Source: the human T2T-CHM13v2.0 reference genome, Homo sapiens
Assembly: GCA_009914755.4 (NCBI GenBank)
Contig: CP068257.2
Location: 32,128,001 to 32,192,000 of the forward strand
Reading direction: 5' to 3'
Length of the DNA stretch: 64,000 nt
This document shows positions 63,891-64,000 of the stretch, one piece after another (positions within the stretch are counted from its first letter, which is position 1; each line of letters begins with the position of its first letter). Under the pieces are notes generated by a model that worked only from the letters and a program-made list of their open reading frames with translations, was not told the origin of the DNA and ran no database searches. Made by a program: the position numbers and the translations under genes.

Positions 63891-64000
63891 CAAAAATAAA
63901 TTTCCCAATAGCAAATGTGATTGTCCTCCAAAGTCATTCTCCTGTTGCTCATAAAATAGTAGGGACAACTCGTAAAGAAAAGTAGAATCGTTTTGGCCAT

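Overview
This window is human (primate) nuclear DNA, not a microbial locus. It covers about 52 kb from the middle of the intersectin-1 gene (ITSN1, chr21q22, + strand). I can place 15 coding exons, tentatively exons 6-20, counting back from the known 15-nt microexon 20. They encode the EH1-EH2 linker, the EH2 domain, the KLERQ coiled-coil region, and the first part of the SH3A domain. The last exon in the window is the neuron-specific 15-nt microexon that inserts VKGEW into SH3A. All 14 splice junctions join in frame, with AG acceptors and GT donors. I translated the exons by eye and matched them to the ITSN1 protein from memory; no database search was possible. The introns hold about 44 Alu SINEs (roughly one fifth of the window), two old L1 fragments (ORF1 region on +, ORF2 region on -), two MIRs and several micro- and minisatellites. 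There is no CpG island, tRNA, rRNA, CRISPR array or operon-like structure, and no evidence for a novel system. Nearly every ORF in the supplied track other than the true exons is Alu, L1 or A/T-rich intronic sequence. Observations worth a second look are listed below. The main ones are the UGC-motif-flanked microexon, a nested double-Alu site with a triplicated target-site duplication, a head-to-head AluY pair, inverted Alu pairs flanking short exons, and minisatellite expansions inside Alus.
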